DNA of 64,000 nucleotides. It comes from Vulcanimicrobiota bacterium (GTDB taxonomy: Bacteria; Vulcanimicrobiota; Vulcanimicrobiia; Vulcanimicrobiales; Vulcanimicrobiaceae). Position numbers and translations under genes: made by a program. The stretch is from NCBI GenBank assembly GCA_963695225.1, contig OY968762.1, positions 1,408,001-1,472,000 of the forward strand, given 5' to 3'. Under the pieces are notes generated by a model, which was given only the letters and a program-made list of their open reading frames with translations, did not search any database and was not told the origin of the DNA. Shown here piece by piece: positions 41,343-50,753 of this stretch (position 1 is its first letter; each line of letters begins with the position of its first letter).

Positions 41343-41773
41343 TTGCGGTCGCGGTTCGTGTTCAGGAAGCTGAGCGTCGCGTGCGCGACGAGCTTATCGC
41401 CGCTGCGCACGTGGACCTCGCCGTAGACGATCCGCCTGCCGGGCTTGAGCACGACGGCGTCCGCGATCAAATCGTGCGGCGGGAGCGCGGGCGCGAGGAA
41501 GCTGCACGACAGCGAGGCGGTCGCCGTCTCCTGATTCCGTCCGTAGATCGAAGCGAGCGCGATGTAGAAGCAAGTATCGCACAGGCTTACGATCGCGCCG
41601 CCGTGGATCGCGCCCATCGCGTTCGTCACTTCCCTCCGAAACGGCATGCGCATCCGGGCCGTCCCGCGCCCGACGTGTTCCAGGCGCAGATCGAGGATCT
41701 CGACGAAGTGCGCGCGTTCCTTATCCCACGTGCGCTTAGCCAGCTCGATGTCGATGTCGGACGGCGTGCTCAA
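41339..41773 (-). CDS. PaaI family thioesterase
   Basis: N..GAIHGGAIVSLCD hotdog motif. Confidence 0.88.
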   Translation of the reverse strand: MSTPSDIDIELAKRTWDKERAHFVEILDLRLEHVGRGTARMRMPFRREVTNAMGAIHGGAIVSLCDTCFYIALASIYGRNQETATASLSCSFLAPALPPHDLIADAVVLKPGRRIVYGEVHVRSGDKLVAHATLSFLNTNRDRK

Positions 41774-42657
41774 AACGTCTCTCCTTCCTTTGCCAGCTCG
41801 CGCCGCAGGTACAGCGGGAGGCTGAAGATGCGTTTGTGCGTTTCGGCATCGTAGAAGTAGTTCTCGCCGCGCAGCCCCGCGACGTATCCCGCGATCCGCT
41901 CCGGCACGAGCGCGGCCACGTCGACCGCATCGCTGCAGGCGAGGAAGGCCCAGTCGTTGTCGAACGCAGGGACGTGCGCGTAGAACGAGCGGACGAACCG
42001 GTAGTAGCGCCGCAGCGTCCGTGCCATCTTCGCGTGCAGGCGCATATTGTGGAAGCCGGCGGTGCTCGCTTGCAGCACGTAGACGCCGCCGGGGGCGAGG
42101 CAACGTTTGATATCCTCGAAGACCGCGTCGCAGAACAGCGGGTTCGAAGGCGAGTCCTCGAGCGGCTCCGTCAGATCGGAAATGACGGCCCCATAACGCT
42201 GCGTCTCCTTTGCGAGGAAGGCGCGCGCGTCGCCGATGACGACGCGCGCGCGCGGATCGTCGAACGCTCCGTCGGACCACTCCGGCAAGAACTTCCGCGA
42301 GAGTTCGACGACGCCTCCGTCGATATCGACCATCGTGCAGCGCTCGACGTCGGCCCGGCGCAGCACCTCGCGCAGCGTCGCCCCCTCCCCGCCGCCGAGG
42401 ATCAGGACCTCGCGCCGGTCATCGACGGCCGCGAGCGCCGGATGGACGAGGCTCTCGTGATAGATGCGCTCGTCCGCTTGCGAACTCTGCGTATCGCCGT
42501 CGAGGACGAGCATCTTCCCGAACGCGGCCGTGCGCAGGACGGCGACCTGTTGGAAGGGCGTCCGCCCCGCGTAGTACGTCTCCTCGATCGCGTGATGGTG
42601 CTGCTCGCCGTCGGCGAACTCTTCGACGTACCATTGCCAGCGTTCGGTCTTCGGCAT
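41770..42657 (-). CDS. speE: spermidine synthase
   Basis: LVLDG.TQS...DE.IYHESLVHP, ILGGGEGATLRE, DID, ISDLTEP. Confidence 0.93.
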   Translation of the reverse strand: MPKTERWQWYVEEFADGEQHHHAIEETYYAGRTPFQQVAVLRTAAFGKMLVLDGDTQSSQADERIYHESLVHPALAAVDDRREVLILGGGEGATLREVLRRADVERCTMVDIDGGVVELSRKFLPEWSDGAFDDPRARVVIGDARAFLAKETQRYGAVISDLTEPLEDSPSNPLFCDAVFEDIKRCLAPGGVYVLQASTAGFHNMRLHAKMARTLRRYYRFVRSFYAHVPAFDNDWAFLACSDAVDVAALVPERIAGYVAGLRGENYFYDAETHKRIFSLPLYLRRELAKEGETF

Positions 42658-42663
42658 CGCCGG

Positions 42664-44133
42664 TTAGCGAACGACCGTGAGGTCTTGATCGGGGCCCGGG
42701 AGGTAGAAGTTGTTCTGGGTGAAGGTCTGCGGCGGAATCGTGCCACTCGGGGCAGGCGTCGCCGAGGCTCCGATGCTCTGGTTGAACGGCAGCGCGACGA
42801 GCGTCGCGCTCGTGGCACCCGTGGCGGAACCGAGGAGCGCGAGGTATTTCCCGTCCGCCGAGAAGCCGACCGAGGTGACGTTCGCGAGCGCGTGCGTCGC
42901 GCCGTCGGCGCCGACGTAGCTCGGCTGGATTCCGCCGGTGACCGTCCCCGTTCCGTAGATGCCGGGGGAGGTCTGCGCGAGCAGCGTCAGCGGCGGCGAA
43001 CTCACGCCCCCGATAACGTAGTAGCCGTCGTCGGCGCCGAGGACGGCCATCTGTCCGCCCGTCGCGATCGCGACGGAGTGAATTCGGGCGGCCGTAGGCA
43101 GCGTGAGCGTGTACGATCGCGTGATCGCCGCGGGCAGGCCGGTGACGAGCGTGACTTGATTCGCCGCGGGGGCCTGCGCGATCAACGCGCGCGTCGGATC
43201 GACCGGGGAGTATGCCATCGCCCCGCGTCCGAGCTGGTTCGCGGCGACGGCCGGGTTCACGCCGAGCGTCGTGTCGTCGGCCTTGATCGCAAAGCCGTAG
43301 CCGGCGCCGACGACGGTGACCTGCACCGAGAAGAGGTCCGCGTTCCCGCGCACGAGCGCGCTCCCGACGATCGCGTTCCCGTTGCCGTCCGTGCCGCCGT
43401 TCGAGATCGCCGCGGAGGCGACGAACAGGTGGCTCGCGCCGGAAGGAAGCGGGACCGGCGTCGGCGTGGCGGCCGCGGCGGCGGCGAACGGCACGAACCC
43501 GGAGAATTGCGGCGGCGTCTGCGTGAGCGAACTCACGCCGAGGAGTCCGGCGGGGTTCCCTTGGAGCAACGCGACCGCCGCGGTGCTCGTCCCGAGGATC
43601 GAGATGCCGGTGACGTTCGCGACGACGGCGTCCGCCTCGGGCGTCGCGGTCGGCGTGGGGCTAGCGGCCGGACTCGGCGGCACGCTCGTGATGTACGGAA
43701 GGCCCGCCGGGACCAGGTTCGCCGCGTTCGCACCGAAGATGCCCTGAATCTGCGTGTAGACTCCGGCCGAACCCATCGCGGCGGCGGCGACGCTGCCGTC
43801 GAGCGCGAACGCGAGCGGCCCGACCGAGGCCGGAAATCTCACCGCCGTCGGCGTCGCCGAGCTCGCGGGCGCCGGGAGCAAGTTCCCCGACGTGTCCTCG
43901 AAATGGGCGAACTGAATGCCGTTGAATCCGGCGCCGTTCCCGCCGTCCGGAACGTACGCCACGCCGATCACGGCAGGCGTCGGGGTCGTGGTCGGCGAGG
44001 CGGTCGCACCGCTCGGGACGGCAGTCGGCACGGCAGTCGCCGAATTCGACGACTTCGAGCAGGCGGAGGCGGCGGCAAGGAGCAGCGTGGCTGCGGCTCC
44101 GAGCCGCAGCCACGTCAGGGAAGTAGGTGCCAA
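42664..44133 (-). CDS. secreted lipoprotein, probable beta-propeller
   Basis: signal peptide ending ASAC, PT linkers, FSADGKYLA-type repeats; start approximate. Confidence 0.7.
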   Translation of the reverse strand: MAPTSLTWLRLGAAATLLLAAASACSKSSNSATAVPTAVPSGATASPTTTPTPAVIGVAYVPDGGNGAGFNGIQFAHFEDTSGNLLPAPASSATPTAVRFPASVGPLAFALDGSVAAAAMGSAGVYTQIQGIFGANAANLVPAGLPYITSVPPSPAASPTPTATPEADAVVANVTGISILGTSTAAVALLQGNPAGLLGVSSLTQTPPQFSGFVPFAAAAAATPTPVPLPSGASHLFVASAAISNGGTDGNGNAIVGSALVRGNADLFSVQVTVVGAGYGFAIKADDTTLGVNPAVAANQLGRGAMAYSPVDPTRALIAQAPAANQVTLVTGLPAAITRSYTLTLPTAARIHSVAIATGGQMAVLGADDGYYVIGGVSSPPLTLLAQTSPGIYGTGTVTGGIQPSYVGADGATHALANVTSVGFSADGKYLALLGSATGATSATLVALPFNQSIGASATPAPSGTIPPQTFTQNNFYLPGPDQDLTVVR

Positions 44134-44182
44134 GTATCGGGAGCCTCTCGTGGTGCCTGTGCCGCCGGGCGGCACGCGGGGG

Positions 44183-44599
44183 TTACGCCGGAATCTTCGC
44201 GAGCGAGCGTCCGGCGTGCTCGTGAACGACGTGCGTGTATTGCCCGTTCGTCGAGGCAATCCCGCGTTTGATCTCGGTCGTCAACATGCTCGATGCCTCG
44301 AGCTTCTGCGCCGCATATTCGCAGGCCCGCCAAGGATCGGTATGGTCGCCGCACGTGTAGAAATCGACCGCGGCATAACCGGACTCGGGCCAGGTGTGAA
44401 TCGAGAGGTGCGACTCCTGAATCACGACGACGCCCGAAACGCCCTGGGGGTAAAAACGATGAAACGCGACCTTCAAGATTTCGGCGTTCGCCTCTTTGGC
44501 GGCCGCAATCATGACGTCGCGAACGTGCTCGACATCGGTCAACATTCGGGGATCGCATCCCGACAGCTCGCAGATGATGTGGGTCCCGCGTGCATCCAA
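44183..44599 (-). CDS. speD: S-adenosylmethionine decarboxylase proenzyme
   Basis: GVSGVVVIQESHLSIHTWPE, DFYTCG; SD GAGGAG with TTG start. Confidence 0.96.
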   Translation of the reverse strand: MDARGTHIICELSGCDPRMLTDVEHVRDVMIAAAKEANAEILKVAFHRFYPQGVSGVVVIQESHLSIHTWPESGYAAVDFYTCGDHTDPWRACEYAAQKLEASSMLTTEIKRGIASTNGQYTHVVHEHAGRSLAKIPA

Positions 44600-44852
44600 T
44601 TTTTTTCTTGTCTCCTCGTTTGGTTGGGAAATCCCACCTCCAGGCTACGTCGGCTGGCGCGTGCTGTGCACTTGCGTCCCCGACCTTTCGGCCTGCTCTG
44701 ACCGGCGTTCTAGTCCAAGCGCCTTCGCTTGGCTTCGAGTCGCGGGCGGCTTGCCGCGATGGCGCGTAGGGCGCGCCGTCCCTCTCTGGTTCTCCTCTGA
44801 AGCGAGCGCTTCGGACCCGAGAGCGGATAACCGCCCTTTGGGTCCGTCGATC

Positions 44853-44881
44853 ATGATAGCCCCTCACCCCCCCCCTGTAAA
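44853..44881 (-). promoter_or_regulatory. sigma70 promoter for speD
   Basis: TTTACA-N17-TATCAT. Confidence 0.7.
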
Positions 44882-45069
44882 GGACTTCGGCTACACGCGC
44901 GACGCGCCGGCCCACTCGCCGTCCTCGCCGGCGGCGGCGCTTTGTGTTCGGAATTCTTAACCGGCGCAGCCTCCACGCGCTGAGGCGCACACCCGATAAT
45001 CTGAGTATCGCGCTTCCATAGTCGGAGGCGCCGGTTCGGAACACGGAGGTTCCGGCCGTTCTCAGTGAG

Positions 45070-45855
45070 GTGTCAGGGATGCAACGGAGCGAACGATATC
45101 GCCAGGTCGAAAGCGAACTGCAGTACGCGATCAAGGACGACGAATTCCAGCTCTTCTTCCAACCCATCTTCGATCTGAAGAAGAGGCTCGTCAGCGGCTA
45201 CGAGGCCCTGCTGCGCTGGGATAGCCCGCGCATCGGCTGGGTCGAGCCCTCCGAGTTCATCCCGGTCGCCGAAGAAACGGGGATCATCCTCTCGATCGGG
45301 GCATGGGTGCTGCTGCGTTCTTGCGCCCAGGCGAACCGCTGGCCCCGCGGCAACGTCGGCGTGAACGTCTCCAAGAGCGAACTCATCCACCCGCTCTTCT
45401 TCACCACCGTGGAGACGGCGCTCGCCAAGAGCCGGCTCCTGCCGGAACGCCTCGCCATTGAAATCTCGGAAACGACGTACTTCGAGACGCGCACCGAGGC
45501 CGCGTCGACGATCGCCGCTCTTCGCGACCGCGGCGTCCGCATCGTGATCGACGAGGTCACGAGCGAAACGCTCGACCGGGTCGGGTACGGAGCGCTGCCG
45601 GTCGACGGCTTGAAGATCGCTCGCGGATTGATCGCCGACATCGGCTCGATCTTCTGCAAACCGGCCGACCAGGAAACGATCCGGCGGATCGTCCGGTGGG
45701 GAGTCGATCGCGGTCTCTCCGTCATCGGGACCGGAATCGAAAACGACGCCCATCTCGCCTTCCTTCAGGAGTGCGGCGGCGCGCTTGCTCAGGGCTTTCA
45801 CCTCGGCAGACCCCTCCCCGCCGACCGTTCGGCATTCGCCGGCCTGACGGCCTAA
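45070..45855 (+). CDS. stand-alone EAL domain protein (degenerate)
   Basis: FQPI, YEALLRW, FIPVAEETG, VNVS, QGF. Confidence 0.88.
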   Translation: MSGMQRSERYRQVESELQYAIKDDEFQLFFQPIFDLKKRLVSGYEALLRWDSPRIGWVEPSEFIPVAEETGIILSIGAWVLLRSCAQANRWPRGNVGVNVSKSELIHPLFFTTVETALAKSRLLPERLAIEISETTYFETRTEAASTIAALRDRGVRIVIDEVTSETLDRVGYGALPVDGLKIARGLIADIGSIFCKPADQETIRRIVRWGVDRGLSVIGTGIENDAHLAFLQECGGALAQGFHLGRPLPADRSAFAGLTA

Positions 45856-45882
45856 AGAAAACGAAGTATCTTCTGGAATATC

Positions 45883-45911
45883 TTGACTATCGCTCCATTG
45901 GCCCTTAGCCT
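45883..45911 (+). promoter_or_regulatory. sufB promoter (leaderless geometry)
   Basis: TTGACT-N17-TAGCCT, 6 nt before the ATG. Confidence 0.65.
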
Positions 45912-45917
45912 TGGGAC

Positions 45918-47342
45918 ATGGCCATTGAAGCTCAGAAGGTCGGCCCCGCCTCGCTCGATGAGGACTATCGCCACGGTCACCACGATTCGGAGGCGAACTA
46001 CGTCTTCAAATCCGGCAAGGGGCTAACGCGCGAGATCGTCGAGCGGATCAGCTCGATGAAGAGCGAGCCGGAGTGGATGCTCGCCTTCCGGCTCAAGGCG
46101 CTGGAGATCTTCCGTTCCAAGCCGATGCCGGCGTGGGGCGATACGGCCCTGCTCGCGGAGATCAACTTCGACGACATCTTCTACTTTGTGAAGTCCACCG
46201 AGGGAACCGAGCGCTCGTGGGACGACGTCCCGGATGACATCAAGCGCACCTTCGATCGCCTCGGCATACCGGAGGCCGAGCGGAAGTTCTTGGCCGGGGT
46301 CTCCGCGCAGTACGAATCGGAAGTCGTCTACCACTCGATCCGCGAGGATCTCGAGAAGGACGGCGTCCTGTTCTGCGACATGGACACCGCGCTCAAGCAG
46401 CACCCCGACATCGTGCGGAAGTACTTCGCTACCATCATCCCGCCGGGCGACAACAAGTTCGCCGCATTGAATTCCGCCGTGTGGTCGGGCGGTTCGTTCG
46501 TCTACGTCCCGCCGGGCGTCGAGGTCAAGACGCCGCTCCAGGCCTATTTCCGGATCAACACGGAGAACATGGGCCAGTTCGAGCGGACGCTGATCATCGC
46601 CGACAAAGGCTCGAAGGTGCACTACATCGAGGGCTGTACCGCGCCGAAGTTCTCGACGAGCTCGCTGCATTCGGCCGTCGTCGAGCTGATCGCCATGGAA
46701 GGCGCCTCGATCCGCTACACGACGATCCAGAACTGGTATCGCAACATCTTCAACCTCGTCACGAAACGGGCGGTCGCCTACAAGAACGCGACAGTCGAGT
46801 GGGTCGACGGCAACATCGGCTCGCGGCTGACGATGAAGTATCCAGCAATCTATCTCATGGGCGAAGGCGCGCGCGGCGAGATCCTCTCGGCGGCGTTCGC
46901 GGGCGAGGGCCAGCACCAGGACGCGGGCGCGAAGGTGATCCACGCCGCACCGAACACGACCTCGGTCGTCACGAACAAATCGGTCTCCGCTCACGGCGGA
47001 AAGACGACCTATCGCGGCCTCGTCGAGATCTTTCCGGGAGCGGTCGGCGCGAAGACGCGCGTCCGCTGCGACGCATTGATCATGGACGAGAAATCGGCGA
47101 GCGACACGAAGCCGACGATGAAGATTCACGAGCAGCGCTCGACCGTCGAGCACGAAGCGTCGGTGTCGAAGATCGGCGAAGAGCAGCTCTTCTACGCGCG
47201 CTCCCGAGGGCTCTCCGAAGCCGACGCGACCGCGATGATCGTCAACGGCTTCTTCGACTTCTTCGTCAAGGAACTGCCGATGGAATACGCCGTCGAGCTG
47301 AACCGCCTGATCAAGATGGAAATGGAAGGCGCCGTCGGCTAG
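45918..47342 (+). CDS. sufB: Fe-S cluster assembly protein SufB
   Basis: [44 protein letters not shown]. Confidence 0.97.
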   Translation: MAIEAQKVGPASLDEDYRHGHHDSEANYVFKSGKGLTREIVERISSMKSEPEWMLAFRLKALEIFRSKPMPAWGDTALLAEINFDDIFYFVKSTEGTERSWDDVPDDIKRTFDRLGIPEAERKFLAGVSAQYESEVVYHSIREDLEKDGVLFCDMDTALKQHPDIVRKYFATIIPPGDNKFAALNSAVWSGGSFVYVPPGVEVKTPLQAYFRINTENMGQFERTLIIADKGSKVHYIEGCTAPKFSTSSLHSAVVELIAMEGASIRYTTIQNWYRNIFNLVTKRAVAYKNATVEWVDGNIGSRLTMKYPAIYLMGEGARGEILSAAFAGEGQHQDAGAKVIHAAPNTTSVVTNKSVSAHGGKTTYRGLVEIFPGAVGAKTRVRCDALIMDEKSASDTKPTMKIHEQRSTVEHEASVSKIGEEQLFYARSRGLSEADATAMIVNGFFDFFVKELPMEYAVELNRLIKMEMEGAVG

Positions 47343-47384
47343 TCCGGCGCGGGAGCGCGGACGAACGGGCCTGAACCTGTGAGT

Positions 47385-47693
47385 ATGCACGAATCAACGC
47401 CCGTCGCCACGCTCTCCGAGATCGCCCCTGGGACGACGAAACGCGTCACCGTCGGGGACGAACAGATCTTGCTTTGCAACGTAGGCGGGACGATCTACGC
47501 GATCGAGGACCTGTGCACGCACGACGGCGGGGCGCTCGATCAGGGGCAGCTCGACGGATGCCGCATCATGTGCCCGAGACACGGCGCGTTCTTCGACGTG
47601 ACGACGGGGGCGGCGCTCACGCTGCCCGCGATCCTCCCCGTCGGGACGTTCGCCGTGCGCACGGAGGGAGACGACCTCTACCTCGACCTCTGA
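47385..47693 (+). CDS. Rieske-type ferredoxin
   Basis: CTH...CPRHG motif. Confidence 0.92.
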   Translation: MHESTPVATLSEIAPGTTKRVTVGDEQILLCNVGGTIYAIEDLCTHDGGALDQGQLDGCRIMCPRHGAFFDVTTGAALTLPAILPVGTFAVRTEGDDLYLDL

Positions 47694-47847
47694 GCGCGCG
47701 GCGTCCCGTTTGGCACACTAGCCGCCCGCCGGTTATCCACATGCAGCGCGCGCGGAGGCGCGGACGGCAATCTGGTGCGTGGGCTCCGAGCGTTCCGCTA
47801 CGTTTGTTGAATGTTCGACCGGCCCGCGGGCGGGTACGATGCTAAGC

Positions 47848-48684
47848 ATGAACACGACGCTCTTGATGTGCCCGCCGAGTTCCTTCGAGATCGCGTACGA
47901 CATCAACCCTTGGATGTCGCGCAACGTCGGCCGCGCGACCCCCGACGCGCAGCGCCAATGGGACCGGCTCGTCGAGACGCTCGAGTGCGCCGCCGACGTG
48001 ACGATCGAGACGCTCGCCCCGATCCCCGGGCTCCCCGATCTGGTGTTCACGGCGAACGCAGCGTTGATCAGCGGCAGGCTCGCCATCATGAGCACGTTCC
48101 GGCACCCGGAGCGCCGCCGCGAGCAGCCCGCATTCCGCGCTTGGCTCTCGCGCTACGGGTTCGGCACGACGTCCCTGCGGCAGACGTTTTTCGAAGGCGC
48201 GGGTGACGCGCTGTTCGACCGCGCACGTCCGCATCTGTATGTAGGTTATGGTTGGCGCACGGAGCGTCCGGCGATCCTCCAGCTCGGCGAGACGCTCGGC
48301 GTTCGCACGCTGCCGCTGCTGCTCGTCGACGAGCGCTTCTACCACCTCGATACGGCGCTGTGCCCGCTCTCGAGCGGACACGTGCTGGCCTTCATGGACG
48401 CGTTCTCGCCGCACGCGCAGCGGCTGCTGCGCCGCCACATCGAGCCGGAGTATCTCATCCCGATCGGAATCGACGATGCGCTCGCGCTCGCGTGCAACGC
48501 GGTCGACCTCGGAGATGCGATCGTCCTCCATTCCGCGACGCGGAAGCTGCGCGAGCGCCTGCACGCCGCCGGGTATCGGGTATTCGCAACGGACCTCGGG
48601 GAGTTCCACAAGGCCGGCGGTTCGGCAAAGTGCCTCACGCTGCGCCTGGAGGACGGGCCCAGCGCGGTCAGCGCGGCCGCCTGA
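47848..48684 (+). CDS. amidinotransferase/DDAH superfamily enzyme (ArgZ N-domain-like)
   Basis: INPWM, PDLVFTAN, FEGAGD, FYHLDT, GGSAKCL. Confidence 0.88.
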   Translation: MNTTLLMCPPSSFEIAYDINPWMSRNVGRATPDAQRQWDRLVETLECAADVTIETLAPIPGLPDLVFTANAALISGRLAIMSTFRHPERRREQPAFRAWLSRYGFGTTSLRQTFFEGAGDALFDRARPHLYVGYGWRTERPAILQLGETLGVRTLPLLLVDERFYHLDTALCPLSSGHVLAFMDAFSPHAQRLLRRHIEPEYLIPIGIDDALALACNAVDLGDAIVLHSATRKLRERLHAAGYRVFATDLGEFHKAGGSAKCLTLRLEDGPSAVSAAA

Positions 48685-48756
48685 ACCCTCTAGCCCATAA
48701 AAAGTGACATTTGTCGGATAGACGCGGAGACCGCTTCCGTAATATCCTACGATGAC

Positions 48757-49527
48757 ATGAAAACGAGTTTCCTAATGGGTCCACCTCCGCGTGCCGCGGC
48801 CGCCGCTCACCGCCAATGGGAACGGCTGGTCGAGCTGGTCCAATGCGCCGGGGACGCGCTGATCGAGCGCTCGGCGGTAGAATCCGACAAGCAGGGCGCC
48901 TTCCCGGGCCGCTCGGCCCTCGTCGCCGGAAAGCTCTCGGTTTTCGCCTCCATTCCAGGGCGCAAGAGCGCGGCGCACCGCCATGCGCTCGCTCGGCTCG
49001 GGTTTGCGGCCGCCTCGCTCGACGGGGCTCGTTTCGGCGGGGCGGCCGACGCGGTCTTCGATCGCCGCCGCCCGGTCCTGTACGTCGGCTACGGCCGCGA
49101 GACGGAACACGCGGCCGCCCTGCAGCTCGGCCAGCTGCTCGGAATCCGGGCGCTCCCGCTCGAGCTCGCGGACGGCCGGCTGCCGTACCTCGACCAGGTC
49201 CTCTGTCCGCTCGGGAACGGCCACGTTCTCGCCCACCTGCCGGCGTTCACGCCGGCGTCGCAGCGCATCCTGCGCCGCACGGTCGAGCCCGAGGCACTGA
49301 TCGAGATCTCGCCGGACGACGCTCGCGCCTATGCTTGCAGCCCGATCGAATTCGACGGCGTGCTCGTGATGCACTCGGCCTCACCCCGCTTGCGCGAGCG
49401 GCTCCAATCTGCCGGCTACCGTCTCTTCGCGACGGACCTTTCGGAATTCCACGCCCTCGGCGGCTCGGCGCGCCGGATGGCGCTCCGCCTGCACGACGGC
49501 CCTCCCTCCACCTCATTCGCCGCCTGA
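48757..49527 (+). CDS. degenerate amidinotransferase paralog
   Basis: colinear with the upstream gene but catalytic residues replaced. Confidence 0.8.
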   Translation: MKTSFLMGPPPRAAAAAHRQWERLVELVQCAGDALIERSAVESDKQGAFPGRSALVAGKLSVFASIPGRKSAAHRHALARLGFAAASLDGARFGGAADAVFDRRRPVLYVGYGRETEHAAALQLGQLLGIRALPLELADGRLPYLDQVLCPLGNGHVLAHLPAFTPASQRILRRTVEPEALIEISPDDARAYACSPIEFDGVLVMHSASPRLRERLQSAGYRLFATDLSEFHALGGSARRMALRLHDGPPSTSFAA

Positions 49528-49562
49528 GCTCGCTCGCTCTCCGCTCAGCCGCAATGGACGGC

Positions 49563-49726
49563 AGGGAGCCTCCGGGTCGGGGCGGGGTTTTCTCCGCGGG
49601 GCGTGCAGCTTGCCCGCGAAGCCACGGATGGCGGGAGCGGGCAAGTGCACGAGTAGCGATTTCGCATGGATGCGAAATCGCGGGCGTCCCCGCGGGGGAA
49701 ACCCCGCCCCGACCCGGAGGCGGGCC
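49563..49726 (+). repeat. structured intergenic repeat, copy 2
   Basis: 34-bp arms 49568-49601 and 49688-49721 with two G.U pairs; core nearly identical to copy 1. Confidence 0.9.
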
Positions 49727-49763
49727 ACGCCGGGAAGCTGCCCCCTCGGCGAGCGCAGCTAAA

Positions 49764-49792
49764 TTGACACTCGTCGCCTGCTCGTGTAAAAT
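49764..49792 (+). promoter_or_regulatory. sigma70 promoter for rplU
   Basis: TTGACA-N17-TAAAAT. Confidence 0.85.
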
Positions 49793-49801
49793 TCCGTGGT
49801 T

Positions 49802-50122
49802 ATGTACGCGATCATCGAGGCGGACGGCAAGCAGTTCCGCGTGAGCGAAGGCGATACGATCCGTTGCGACGCGATCGATACCGAAGTGGGCGCCGAGATT
49901 TCCTTCGAGCGGGTCGTACTCGCGAGTTCGGGTGCGGACCAGGTTGCCATCGGACACCCGCACGTGGCGGGGGCGAAAGTGACCGGGACGGTCGTGCGCC
50001 AGGCTAAGGACAAGAAGATCCTCGTCTTCAAGTACAAGCCGAAGAAGCGCGTTCGGAAACTGATCGGGCACCGCCAGCGCTTCGCCGAAGTCAAGATCAC
50101 GAAGATCGAACTCCCGGCCTAA
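49802..50122 (+). CDS. rplU: 50S ribosomal protein L21
   Basis: MYAIIE..GKQFRV, FKYKPKK, GHRQ. Confidence 0.97.
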   Translation: MYAIIEADGKQFRVSEGDTIRCDAIDTEVGAEISFERVVLASSGADQVAIGHPHVAGAKVTGTVVRQAKDKKILVFKYKPKKRVRKLIGHRQRFAEVKITKIELPA

Positions 50123-50128
50123 GAGGCC

Positions 50129-50494
50129 ATGGTCGAGGTCGAATTCCACGAAGACAGCCGCGGCAGGCTGTCTTCTTTCGTTGCGGAGGGGCATGCCGGC
50201 TGGGCCGAGCACGGCAGCGACGTCGTCTGCGCCGCCGTTTCCGCGCTGCTCCAAGCAGCCTGGCTCGGGCTCGTCGAAGTCGCGCGCGTTCCGGCCGAAG
50301 GCTCCCGCTCGGCCGGGCGCCTGACCCTCTCCTGGTCCGCGGATGCCTGCGACCGCGAAGACGTCCGCGCGATCGTCTCCACCGCCGCGCTCTCCGTCGA
50401 GCGCCTGGCCGACCAATTCCCAGACCACGTGCGGACGACGCGCCTCACCGAAGGGGGAACGCGCGTTCCGTCGATAAGGAAAACACAGCTATGA
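50129..50494 (+). CDS. prp: ribosomal-processing cysteine protease
   Basis: GHAG...GSDVVCAAVS immediately after rplU. Confidence 0.9.
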   Translation: MVEVEFHEDSRGRLSSFVAEGHAGWAEHGSDVVCAAVSALLQAAWLGLVEVARVPAEGSRSAGRLTLSWSADACDREDVRAIVSTAALSVERLADQFPDHVRTTRLTEGGTRVPSIRKTQL

Positions 50495-50748
50495 ACGACA
50501 CCACGAAGCCGCTTCCCAATGCCGCCGGCGACGGACAGACGCCGCCGCCCGCGCCCGAAATCAAGCCCGCCGCACCGAACGAAGCCGGCCGCACGCTCCT
50601 CGTCGGGGTGCTCGGCGGGATCGCTTCCGCCGTCGGCTATGCGGTCTATTCGCGCCTCTCGGAGGAGCAGAAAGACCGCCTCCACCGCCAGGTGAAAGGC
50701 GCCGTCGAGAGCCGGATCAACGAGATTCGCTCCAACCTGAACATCTAG
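50491..50748 (+). CDS. small membrane-anchored hypothetical protein
   Basis: SD AAGGA, ATGA overlap, one TM plus charged helix. Confidence 0.7.
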   Translation: MNDTTKPLPNAAGDGQTPPPAPEIKPAAPNEAGRTLLVGVLGGIASAVGYAVYSRLSEEQKDRLHRQVKGAVESRINEIRSNLNI

Positions 50749-50753
50749 GCGCG

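Noticed and set aside
44645..44854. 69-aa ORF upstream of speD with a G-rich apparent SD
   Set aside because: Its ATG sits within the -10 box and the G-run is the promoter spacer, so it would not be on the transcript.
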